Shown here: positions 35,832-47,847 of the stretch, one piece after another
How positions within the stretch are numbered: the stretch's first letter is position 1
Layout: each line of letters starts with the position of its first letter
DNA from: Octopus sinensis
Taxonomy: Eukaryota
DNA: 64,000 nt
Direction: 5' to 3'
Assembly (NCBI RefSeq): GCF_006345805.1
Contig: NC_043004.1
Coordinates: 558,001-622,000 of the forward strand
The notes under the pieces: model-generated
The model's database searches: none
Seen by the model: only the letters and a program-made list of their open reading frames with translations
What the model was told of the DNA's origin: nothing
Translations under genes and position numbers: made by a program

Positions 35832-36715
35832 ATTCTACCAGTATCCGAAGTTTGACAGTGTTTAGTTATAAAAAATTAATTTCTCAATCTGCCGTTCAAA
35901 GGAAAAAGATCCCTTTCTATGTTCATTTGGCTAAACTGTAGAAATTGTTGTTTTGATATTGTTAAAATCCCCGTATTTTGCCATGTTAATTGAAAAAAAA
36001 AAAAATTCGAAAAAGTGGAGTTGGGGTGGGTGGGTTACATTTTGAAAAAAAATTATTTTTTCACATATCGTAATCTCCAACATCTAAAATGTACGAATTC
36101 AAAGAAATTTCTTCAAAAAGAAATGCATTTTTGAAGGTGAGGTGCCGCACCGCATTGGTCGCCGAATATTATTAATGCTTCATCTGTCGATCTCAGATGA
36201 ATGAAATAGCTGCTAAATCTCCCTCAAATCACATCCAACATCTTTTAAAAAAAAAAAAAAAAAAAAGGGAAGAAGGGCAAACTTGGGATAATGTAGGCCT
36301 TCTTTCAGAGATGTAAGGGATGGTCAGGGCTGGAACGTCTTTGATTCTAAATTTGCTCAAGCAGGGTTAAGCAGCAGCAGCAAATTAGCGTATGGCCTAA
36401 CAAGGGAAACTACGCGGTCATTCAACATGCTAGAAATAGCAACCACAAGCTCACCCAATTCATATCCCACGGTCCTAAAAAGGGATATTTTTCATAATAT
36501 TAAACAATGATAAATCTCAGAGCGAGTTATAAACAGTAGCGGTAACACAACGTGATGCATATATGCCATTTGAATATGGCTAACCCAAAAGGGTAGATGC
36601 TACTGTAGTTTGTAGCCCCAGGAAGACACCTCCTCCCGCTGGCTATAGACACACTATCTGTGTCCTGTCAGTATTTGTGAAGGGGAGTCATCCTCCCCGT
36701 CTTCAACACATGATA

Positions 36716-36760
36716 CACACGTACCCGAATTTCAAGGTGTTTACCTTTCATCAGCGTGTG
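36716..36760 (-). ncRNA. hammerhead ribozyme motif, second sequence type
   Basis: CACACG CUGAUGA AAGGU AAAC ACCUU GAAA UUCGG GUA CGUGUG: 6-bp stem I and 5-bp stem II. Confidence 0.75.
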
Positions 36761-38096
36761 ACAATCATGGTTGTCGACGAGAAGTCAGATTCCTTCACAA
36801 ATACATATACTTTTTCCAGTGTCGATATGACACTGATATTGAAAAAGTGAAATCAAACAATGATAAATCTCAGGGCTACAAACTACAGTAGCATCCACCC
36901 TTTTGGGTTAGCCATATTCAAATGGCATATATGCATCACGTTTCATAATATTGTTTTAAATATACAAAAGGACGAGGTGGTCATGGCTAGAATTCCTTTC
37001 GTTATACGTCTGTTTGGTCAGGACTGAGTAAAATCTAAGCAGCAACAACAACAGTACTGAAATCGGTGTCACTGACATGCTAGTAATAGCAGTCAAATGT
37101 CCTTCACAGTAACTTTTACCCTTCAGAAAAAAAAAAGAGACGAATATATTGTGCAAGTCAATTCTGCTATACACTGGGACCTCACGTATTTAATATAGTG
37201 AGTTGACAAAAACCAAGATTAAATGAACATATCCATACAATTGTAGACAGAATCCTTCGAAGGCGGGGGTTAAATTTTTGTAAAAGTGAGGAAAAAAACC
37301 CATGTAAGGAAGATAACTCCAATAAACTTAATGAAGTTTTGAAAAATAAAGGAAAAGGCTGACTTTGGTGGAACTGAAGAGAATTAAATAGAACCATGCA
37401 GATCAAGAAGGAAGCATTTACGAGGTTGATTGACATGCTAGAAATAGCAGTTCAATTTCCCCCTACCGTCTTTAGAAGGGGCTCATTAGGTTATGTAGTG
37501 CGAGATATACTATTCTAGGAAAACACGAAGAGAAAAATGAAGATGTGTTGGTTGGCATGGCAAGGAGTTGGTGTATTTGAGGGTCATAAACAGACATTCG
37601 ATCAGTTACTTTGGTGCTATGGATGTTCTTGAGCAGAACTCACTCAGCAAAAATAACATCGATTAAACTCGTTGGTGGACAAAAGGCTTCAGGCTCTTTA
37701 CATTCAGAATTCAAACCTTGTCGGGATCGATAATATAAGTACGAATCTTGTTAAAATTCTTCCAACAATTTTAAAGTATTTCAAATTTTCACCAGCTTTT
37801 AGTTTTTTCAAACTTTCTACACTGATGCAATTTCTTTATTATTAAGTTTTAGAAAAAATAAGTACCTTATTTTCGTCATTAACATTCAAAAACTACATTT
37901 GTTTGAAAATAATTTGGTGAGATTTGAATTACTTCAAATCGTTGGAAAAATTTTAGCAAGATCCCTAAGTACTAGTTGAGCACTGGGTTCGATGCAGGCG
38001 ACTAACCCCTCCCACCACAGAATTACAGGCCATACGCTTATATTTAACTGGCAGCTAAGCCCAGTTTCACCCGGTCTGTTTGGATGATGTGGCTGT

Positions 38097-41000
38097 TGTT
38101 GTTGTTATATATATATAATGTATTGAGTATTAAAGGAAGTAGTGAGTACTTAGTATGAAAGATTAAGAAAATGAGAGAGACTGAAACAACGTGTTAACGA
38201 TACAAGATACTTTATTCGACTGCCGTTGTTGTACAAGTTAATTGTTTTGGCGGGAAACAAAGTGAAAGTCCTTTTATCAAGGGAGACAATGGGCGACGTT
38301 GATTGTTCATGTTTGTTGTGATGATTATATAACATCTTCCTTTTTTTTTTTTTTTTTTAAATTTTTTTTTATATCATCTGTATCTACAGGGAATAATTAT
38401 TCGTCGTCCACTTTTTGTGGTTTTATTATTTGTAGTGTTGAATTCTGTAGTTGTGCTGTTTTTGTTTTTTCATGCGTGTTTGTTGACTTTGGAAATATAT
38501 TTTCATAATCTAATTCTTCTGTTATGCGAACGTGTTCGTTTGTTTTAAGAATATGTTGTCTATTTCGTTTGACTGTATTTCCTTCCTCTGTTATTACTAA
38601 GTATGAACGAGGTTGCTCTAGTTTTTTAATTATTTTGCCCCTTCTAAACCAATTGTTGTTAAACTTAATTCTAACCGTGTCGTGTGGTTTTAACTCTGGG
38701 AGTTCTGTTGTAATGTTTGATTTCTTCTTTTCGTGAGGCCTGATACCAATTTTGTCGTGTAATATGTTTGGGAGATTTGTTCGCAATGTTCTATTCATTA
38801 TTTGATTTGCAGGGGATGGTGCACCATTTTGTAATTTAGTCGTGCGTAATGCTAAGAGCGCTAACTGAGGTTCTTCGTCACTTTTGAATGCCTTTTTTAG
38901 CGTCTTTTTTATTGTCTGTATATTTCTCTCAACCATGCCATTCGCTTGATGATAATGCGGGCTTGTCTTCGTGTGATGAAAATGCCAATTTTTTGCAAAT
39001 TTTTTGAATTCAGCCGAATTGAATTCTGGACCGTTGTCACTTACAACTGTTTGCGGAATTCCGAATTTAGCAAAAGTTTCTTTTAATTTTTTGATTACGG
39101 TTTTTGACTGGCAATCATTTATTTCGTGTAGATCAAAAAAATCTTGTTGTATAGTCAATAATTGTGACATACGAATTTCCAGACAGGTGAAATACGTCTG
39201 TACCCACTTTGGTCCATGGTGTAGTAGGTATTTCATGATTTATTAGTGGTTCGGCTGCTTGTTGATTTTTGTAGTCAATGCAGTATGAGCATGTGTTAAT
39301 CATGTCTTTGATTTGAGCGTTAATGCCGGGCCAGTATATACATTCCTTCGCTCTCTCTATGCATTTTTCGATACCCATGTGTCCGGTATGTATTTCCTGT
39401 AGAGCTTCTCTACGTAATGACTTAGGTACAATTATTCTTGAACCTTTTAGAACGAGACCATTGACGATTGATATTTCATCACGAACGGATACGAATGGTT
39501 TGATGTTTATTGGTATTTTGTCTTTTGGGGGCCATTCTGTTCTTGTATATGTGACGAGTGTCTGTAGAGACGGGTCGTCTGCAGTGGCTTCTTTATACTC
39601 TTTTAATTTAGTGTCGGTTATGGGGTAATTTTTTATTACTGCATGAATGTGCGATTTCATATCTTCGTCTGATACTTCTGGAGTATTTTGCTCAAGGTAT
39701 GCACGTGATAGGGTATCTGCAACAATTGATTCTTTACCAGGTATGTGGTTTAGGTCAAAATCATATCTTTGTAATGTTAGTAGAAATCTTTGGATTCTGG
39801 GGGGGCATTAGTGATCGATTTTTTGAATATTTGCTTCAACGGTTTATGGTCATTTTCGATTCTGAAATGAGTTCCGTATATAAACTGATGAAATTTCTTG
39901 CATGCGAAAACTATACTGAGAGCTTCGCTCTCTATCGGACAGTAGTTTTGTTCCGCTTGAGTTGTTGCACGAGATCCAAACGAAACAGGTAGCCATCTTT
40001 CGTTGTGTTTCTGCTCAAGTATCGCTCCGAGCCCATGCTTACTAGCATCTGTAGTTATTTTTATTGGTAGATCTGGATCATAAAATTGTAGCACTGGTTT
40101 TCTGGTAATCATTTCTTTTAGCTTTTTTATTGCTTCGATTTGTGGTTTGTCGAATGACCATAACGTGTCACTCTGTAGAAGCTGGCGCAATGGTGCTGTG
40201 ACTTCGGAGTAATTAGATAAAAATTTACATAGGTAATTTGTCATACCTAGGAATCTTTGTAATTCTTTTTTACTTGTTGGCAGTGGCATGTGAATGATTG
40301 CTTGTACCTTGGTTGGATCTTGTTTTATCCCTTCGCTGGTTAATATATGCCCAAGGTACTTGATTTGTGATTCATAGAAGATACACTTTGATTTATTTAA
40401 CTTTAATCCGTGCTTTCGGATTCGATCGAAAACTTGTTGTAGTCTATTTGTGTGTTCTTCTAAAGTGTTGGACCAGATTATGATGTCATCCTGTGAATTT
40501 CTTGCTCCTTCTATGCCCTCTATTATTTTTGAAATTTCTTTTTGGAAAACTTCACTGGCGCTGTGAATTCCAAAGGGTAGTCGTGTGAAGCGATACCTTC
40601 CAAAAGGTGTGTTGAACGTTAAAAGATGGGAGCTTTCTTCGTCAACTGGAATTTGCCAGTATCCATTAGATGCATCGAGTTTTGAAAAATATTTTGGGTT
40701 ATGCATTTGTGCAAAAATGTCCTCCGCTGTAGGGAGTTTGAAATGTTGCCTTTTTATGGCTTTGTTTAGATTCTTGGGGTCTAAACAGAGTCGGAGTTTT
40801 CCGTTGGCTTTTTCAACGATGACTAGGGAATTTACCCAGTCTGTAGGTTCACTAACAGGTTTTATGATATCTAATTCTGTCATTCTTTTTAATTCTTTGT
40901 TGAGTTTTTCTTTTATAGAAAAAGGAACCGATCTTGGTGGATGAATTACAGGAGTTATTTGTGGATCCACTGTGATATGATGTGTTATTGACAAAGTGCC

Positions 41001-42602
41001 GATTTCTCCGAAACAGTCTTCATATTTTTCTAATATGTCGTTTGTGTTCGACGAATTTATTTTTGAAATTCTCTGAATTAGGTTCAGATCTTTAGCTGTC
41101 TTTGCATCTATAACTGCGTGCGAGTTTGTTTTTGCAACAATGAATTTTATTTGCTTTGATAATTCTTTGTATTTAATGACTGCTGTGCATTTTCCTAGCA
41201 CTTTTATAGCTGTGTTATTATAAGCTGATAATCGAGTTGAAGTTTTTTGCAGTTGTGGTTTTGGAATTATATTTCTATATTCTCTGAATGGCAGTACGGT
41301 TACGTCTGCTCCTGTATCTATTTTGAATGTTACATTCGAGTTGTTCACTTTTAGTTCGACCGTCCAAATGTCTTTTGGAGTCTTGAACTTTTCGATTTTG
41401 TGCACGCGGGAATTATTTGCAGTGATCATTTCGAGTGCATGTGTATCGTCATCTGATTCATCGTCGATATGTATCTCTACTTTATGTACAAATTTTCTTG
41501 ATTTGCACATTTTTGCATAGTGTCCTTGTTTCTTGCATTTTTCACATGTCTTGTGAAATGCTGGGCATTTATTTCTTTTGTGATTATAACCACAATAGTG
41601 ACAGTTAGTGACGTAGTGTTGACTTGGCGCTTGAAACTTCGCGGGCTTTCTGTCACTTCCGCCTTGTTCGTTTTGATGTCTGGATTGCATATGGCGGGTT
41701 ATTTGGGTTTTGGCGCCTTTTCTGTCGTGTTGACTATATACCCTCGAGATTTCGTTATCTCTTGTTTCGGATGTGGCATTTAGCATCCTTGATTGGAGTC
41801 GTGTTTGCTCTGCACTCTGACCTGCTTGAATTGTTTTTTGTAGGTCTAAATTTGGTTCTCTCAATAATCTTTCTCTTAATCTCATGTCTCTGATTCCACA
41901 TATCAGAATATCTTTGGTGAGACTGTCTGTGAGGTTGCCGAATTCGCACTGTTGTGCCTTTTGGCGCAACTCTACTACGTACTCATCGAATTTTTGATGT
42001 TCCGCTTGTCCACATGTGAAGAATTTGTGTCTTAGGAAAGTTATGTTTTTCCTGGGTTCACAATATGCATCGAATTTTTCGATTACTGTCTGAAGGTTCA
42101 TTTCTTCGTCGGGTGAATCGAAATCCAGTGTGGAATGGATATCTCGGCCTTTAGAACTGATGCAAGTTAAAAACATTGAAGTTTTTACTTTGTCTGGCTT
42201 CATGTCACTTTCTGTTGCTATCAAAAGAGATTGAATTCTTTTTTCCACTTTTTCCATGCTGCGGCTAGATTTTCCTGATTAAAGTCTAGGTCTTTTGGAT
42301 GCGGTAAATTTTCCATTTCGTCTTTGAAGTATGATTTCAACTTCTTTTTTCCTTTGGTTTCTGTATTTTGGGTTCTTTTAGTATTCTGACACCATGTTGT
42401 TGTTATATATATATAATGTATTGAGTATTAAAGGAAGTAGTGAGTACTTAGTATGAAAGATTAAGAAAATGAGAGAGACTGAAACAACGTGTTAACGATA
42501 CAAGATACTTTATTCGACTGCCGTTGTTGTACAAGTTAATTGTTTTGCCTGGAAACAAAGTGAAAGTCCTTTTATCAAGGGAGACAATGGGCGACGTTAA
42601 CA
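38097..42602 (-). mobile_element. Ty3/gypsy LTR retrotransposon (Mag-like), full length
   Basis: LTRs at 42395-42602 and 38097-38334 with TG..CA ends; GCTGT TSD at 38092-38096 and 42603-42607; PBS TGGTGTCAGAA at 42394-42384 (tRNA-Leu type); PPT A18GGAAGA at 38358-38335. Confidence 0.97.
38397..42316 (-). CDS. gag-pol polyprotein (~1306 aa if three 1-bp indels are corrected)
   Basis: Starts MENLPHPKDLDFNQENLAAAWKKWKKEF. Two zinc knuckles at 41505-41603, protease DTG at 41310-41318, RT LDASNGYWQI and SQDD, RNase H TDAS and DHKPL, integrase HHCC with VGTD, VSDNG and ANGMVE. Frame breaks near 42225, 39795 and 39138. Confidence 0.92.
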
Positions 42603-44901
42603 GCTGTGATCGTTTTCGGTTAGGCATAATCTATAACAGCTTTTCTCAACCTTATCATTTCAGGTCCCGTTTCGATTGGAGCCTCCAGCTGTATGAAAAT
42701 TTCCTGACCCCACCCCGTCAAAAAACAGCTTCTATTTTAAGGGCAGAAGAAAGAGGGAAATTCCATTAGAAAAAGTTTTAATTGATTTTCTCGGTGAGTA
42801 TGTGGGTTAGGAAAAAATTCAAATTGTATTCCAATCTATGCACTTGTCTCCACATGTGTGCCATTTTTCACGTGAATCCACTCTGCCGTTTGGCTGTGAA
42901 CCTCAAGACAAGAAAGAATACAACGATCGCCCATTTCCAATTTATATTATAGATTAGGAGTTTTATTACAAGGGGGACTGTTCTTTAGTAAACACCGGGT
43001 ACCAAATGACCTCCCCAACAACCATGCGGATGATTTATGGTGTAAATATTTTATGTCGCCGTGTCTTCACGCCCAGCAGTCAACAATGGACCCTTCATTC
43101 TGTAAAGGTATATTTCATTAATGCTTTCTACTGTATGATCCCGAATCAATTTATGGTTTACATATTTCTGACAATGATGCTATTTACAGTTTTAGCGACG
43201 TTGGGGGAAGTTAAGTTCCCCGACTAAGGTCTTGGAAATCATAATTAGGCGACTTTGCTTCGATGCCCGGTTGTAGTTAATTAGCATTAGCAATAATTAA
43301 GCCGTTGATGGCACTGAGAAAGGTATGAACGTCACACCTTCACATCTATAATTCCATGCCGCATGTCTGTGAATATACGAAGATTCATTCTCCCCCCCCC
43401 CTGTCCCAATCCAGAAGGTTAAACAAGAGTCTTTTATTTATTTTAATGAAAGTTAATTCCTCTGAATGATTGTGTCAAACACAAATATCGAAGAATATTT
43501 AGTATGATTACAAAATGCATTTATTTATATGTCTCTAAATAGAGGTTGTTGTTAAATCGCATAATGTTCTGTTGTCCTTAAATATAGAATTCAGTTTCCT
43601 TTAAACGCTAATGGGCAACCTGCGGCCCGTGAGATTTTCTGACTGGCACAGTTAACGAAATATTACCTCTTCTTAGTTGTGCGACCCTCTTCTTTAAAAA
43701 GATTGCTCATGTCTTCTCTAATCTATCATTGAAACATCACCGAAGCCAATCAGTTTTGCGTAGATTATCCCTGCCGAGGCTAATCCGGAATCGCTGATTA
43801 GAGGGACGATTAGGTCATATGATGAAAGTATTGAACATGCATTGCTGACGGATCTTTTGGTGATTAATAGACATTCTCTCGAACCCTCTATATTCCGTAC
43901 AGAGGCGCAGGTATAGCCGTGTGGTTTCGGGTTCAGTCCCACTGCACGGCACCTGTCTTCGGGGTTGCCCAGCGCCTTCTTAATGAATTTGGTAAGAGAG
44001 AAACTGGAGACTCGTCGTGTATACATCTGTCTTTGTGATTGTCCCCACCACCACTACCGCTTCACAACCAGTGTTGTTTTGTTTGTCTTCTTAACTCAGT
44101 GGTTCGGCAAAAAGAGACCAATACAATAAGTTCTAAACTTATTAAGTACTGGGGTCAAAATTGTTAGCCTTGTGCTTATAGTAGAAATCATCATCATTAT
44201 TATTGTTATTATTATTATTATATCGAAAAGTGGCGAATTGGCTGAATCATTACTATGTCAGATGAAAAATGCTTTATTCTTTTGCTCTTTTACACGGTTC
44301 AGTCATTTGACTGTGGCCACGCTGGAGCACTGTTTTTAATCGAACAAATTGACCTCACGATTTATTCTTTGTAAGCCTAGTACTTATTCTATCGTTCGCT
44401 TTTTGATGAACCACTAAGTTACAGGACGTAAACACACCAACATCTGTTGCCAAGCGATGGTGGAGGCACAAACACAGATACACAAATACATACATACACA
44501 CACACATATATATGTGTGTGTATAATATATATATATATGATAGGCTTCTTTCAGTTTCTGTCTACCAAATCCACTCACAAGGCTTTGGTTGGTTTGAGGC
44601 TCTACTAGAAGACATTTGCTCAATGTGCAATGCAGTGGGACTGAACTCGGAGCCATGAGGCTGAAAAGCAAGCTTCTTATCACACGGCCACACTTATGGC
44701 ATTTTTTTCTAAATTTATGCTCTGAGTTCAAATGCTACCAGAGTTAACTTTTTCTTCCATTCAGGGTCAATAAAATAAGTACAAGTTGAGGACTGTGGTC
44801 AGTGCTATGAACTTACGCTCGCTTCCCAAAATTTCAAGCCTTGTGCCTGTAATACAATGGATTATTATTATTTCTTGTCTATCATATTGCTGCCAACTTG
44901 G

Positions 44902-44928
44902 ATGGCTGGTCCCTCTGTTAGGATCACA
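44902..44928 (+). CDS. MRPS9: probable first coding exon of MRPS9 (start of mitochondrial targeting peptide)
   Basis: ATG MAGPSVRIT then aca|gtaaga, phase 0, compatible with the exon at 47848. The frame continues Arg-rich and acid-free (VRRSPLRHTPHL..HSR) to a second donor at 45003. Confidence 0.5.
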
Positions 44929-47847
44929 GTAAGAAGATCTCCTCTCAGGCATACTCCACATCTAACAACCTGTAATGGTGGCACTTTTATGCCCCATTCC
45001 AGGTTTAGTTTTTGGCTTTTATGACTGTTTAATTCACTGTTCCATCACCATATCAACCTTGGTCTGGCTAAAACTTTGCTGCAGCTACAGATTTGGTTTT
45101 TAACCCACAGTAAATCTGTGCAAACATCATTTTGTTCTGTTATATTTTTTATTATTATTATTATTGAAAAAGGAGGAGCTGGCAGAATCGCTAGCGTGAT
45201 GAACGAAATGCTTAGCAGTATTTCGCTCATCACTACGTTCTGAGTTCAAATTCTGCCGGGGTCAACTTTGCCTTACACTGGGGTTGATGTAATCAACTCA
45301 TCCCCACCCTTGTGGCAAAATTTGAAACCATTATTATTATTATTGAAACTTGCAAGAAAAGTCCCATCCTGTATTTTGTGAGGGTCCTAAGTAAAATTCT
45401 TGAGATTTGAGGAGACTTGTTATCACCAATTCTCAAGATAACATTCCTGTTATGTAATATAGCGTGGAATAGTTATATAATAATAAATATCTCCAATATA
45501 GTCTCAGGGCCTGAAATTTAGAGGGGAGAGTAGTTGATGCCATCAACCCAGTACCTGAGTTTAACTTCATTTTATTGAATCCAGTTGGAAGAATAGCATA
45601 GTTGGCTTTGGCAGGACTTGAACTCAGAATAAGTCAGAAGTAATACCGCAAGGCATTTTGTCCAGTGCTCTAATAATTCCTCGAAGCCACCACCCAACAA
45701 TGATGATGATAATAATCCTTTCCAATAAAAGGAACAAGGTCTGAAATTTGATGGGGATGGGGCTGCTTGATTGTTGACCCTGGTGCTCAACTGGTATTTA
45801 TTTTTTTATCACTAAAAAGATAAAGTTAACTTCAGTGGGATAATAATAATAATAATGATAATAATAATAACAATAAAAATTTAAAATGCCCTGATGAAGC
45901 AGCAGGCAATGGCTCTCATGGTTTCTAATCTTGAGTGATCAGAAGTGTTATGCACATTGTTTGGTCTTGGTATAAAAGATGGGCTACAACAAATATTTTG
46001 CTCAATACCACAGATTTGCTTGTCAGTTGCTGGACCTTAACCAGTTGAACATGTCTCTTTGTGGCTGACGATATGTGCATCTCTCATCATTATCATCATC
46101 GTTTAATGTCTGCTTTCCTTGCTAGCATAGGTTGGATGGTTTGACTGGGGACTGACGCTGCACCAGGTGCCAGTCTGATCTGGCAATGTTTATACAGCTG
46201 GATACCCTTCCTAATGCCAACCACTGTGAGAGTCTAGTGGGTGCTTTTTATGTGCCACCAGTACAGGAGCCAGTTGGGGTAGGGGGGGGGGCTGGCATTG
46301 ACCACATTCGGATGGTGCTGTTTATGTGTCACCGGCATGGGGAGCCAGTCAGACAGGAGCAGAAATAGTGGGGGAGCATCATAGCCATGTGTTGAGAGGA
46401 ATTCTTTGGAGTTTTGAATAATTCACTTCTGGAAACATGGGTGCATCATCCTTAACCAATCTTTATTCAGTAACCTTTTAATGAGGATGGGCTGCTCAAC
46501 TTGATCAAAATTCTAACTGGGCCCCTCCTGCAAAGTCATGTGCTCTTCATCTTGATATGCGGTCACCATATTGCACACATATGGTTGAGATGCATGTGCC
46601 TGGTGTACCCTTATCAGGTGGGTAGTTATGGTTGGTGTGTATTGGGTTTCGTATATTTGTACCCAGGCGTCAATTTGGTGGCATATGCTAATCTCTCATT
46701 CACTAATTTTAGTGACCCCAAAAATGAAAGGCACAGTTGACCTCAGCAGAATTTGAACTCCGACCATGAAGATAGATGAAATACTGATAAACATTTTGTC
46801 CAACATGGTAATGGCTCTGCCAGCTTGCCACCTAAGGAATAATAATAATAATAATAATTTCCTAATGCCAACCATTCTGAGAGTGTAGTGGGTGCTTTTT
46901 ATGTGCCACTGGCATGGGAGCCAGTCAGATGGCACTGGCAATGTGCTGCCTGACTGGCTCCCGTGCTGGTATCACGTAAAAAAACACCATCCGAACATGG
47001 CTGATGCCAGTGCCACCACCCTGACGGCTGCTGTGCCAGTAGCACATAAAAAACACCATCCGAATATGGCCAATGCCAGTGTCACCACCCTGACTGGCTC
47101 CTGTGCTGGTGGCACGTAAAAAGCACCATCCGAACGTGGCCGATGCCAGTGCCGCCTGACTGGCTCTCGTGCTGGTGGCATGTAAAAAGCACCCACTACA
47201 CTCTTGGAGTGGCTGGCGTTACGAAGGGCATCCAGCTGTAGGAACATTGCCAGATCAGATTGAAGCCTGGTGCGGCCTCCTGGCTTGCCAGTCCCCAGTC
47301 AAACCGTCCAACCCATGCCAGCATCGAAAACGGATGTTAAACGATGATGATGATTATCAAAAACAGTTGTGCATCAGAGTAGATTTCTTAGTGTAATTAA
47401 TTTCGTCTTTACAAATTCTAGGTTCAAATCCCCACAAGGTCAACCTCCTGGGGTCGATAAAATGCATCAATCATCTCTAAGGGTTAATGTAATTGATTAC
47501 ATCTCTTCTACAAATTTGTTCCATTGTCATCATCATCATCATCATCATCTTTTAACATCCATTGTCCATGCTGGCATGGGTTGGACAGTTTGACCAGGGC
47601 TGGTAAGCTGAAAGGCACAAGACTTCAGTCTGATTTGGCATGGTTTCTATGGCTGGTTGTCCTCTCTAATGCCAACCATTCCAAGAGTGTAATGGGTATA
47701 TGAAATGATAATTACATAATAATTATAATTAGTAAATTATTACCGTAACACATACTAATGATGTTGATGGTTAATGAGATGTAAGCTAGTGTAACTTCTA
47801 ATTCTTATTTCTTTTTTGTTTTCTTCTTTTATTTTCTATATTTTCAG

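Larger units (their letters stand above)
38048..42953 (-). mobile_element. non-autonomous Helitron-like element (~395 bp) interrupted by the gypsy insertion
   Basis: Minus strand begins A|TCTATAATATAAA at 42953 and ends with a short GC hairpin plus CCAG|T (degenerate CTAG) at 38048. Sequence is contiguous across the gypsy TSD. Confidence 0.65.

Noticed and set aside
37182-37436. 84-aa hydrophobic minus-strand ORF as a secreted or membrane protein
   Set aside because: Its ATG lies in a dispersed repeat and no downstream exon could be joined; kept only as part of a low-interest finding.
39133-39800. Programmed ribosomal frameshifting as an explanation for the split gag-pol ORFs
   Set aside because: The breaks fall inside Gag, RNase H and integrase rather than at a gag/pol boundary, and all are at homopolymers.
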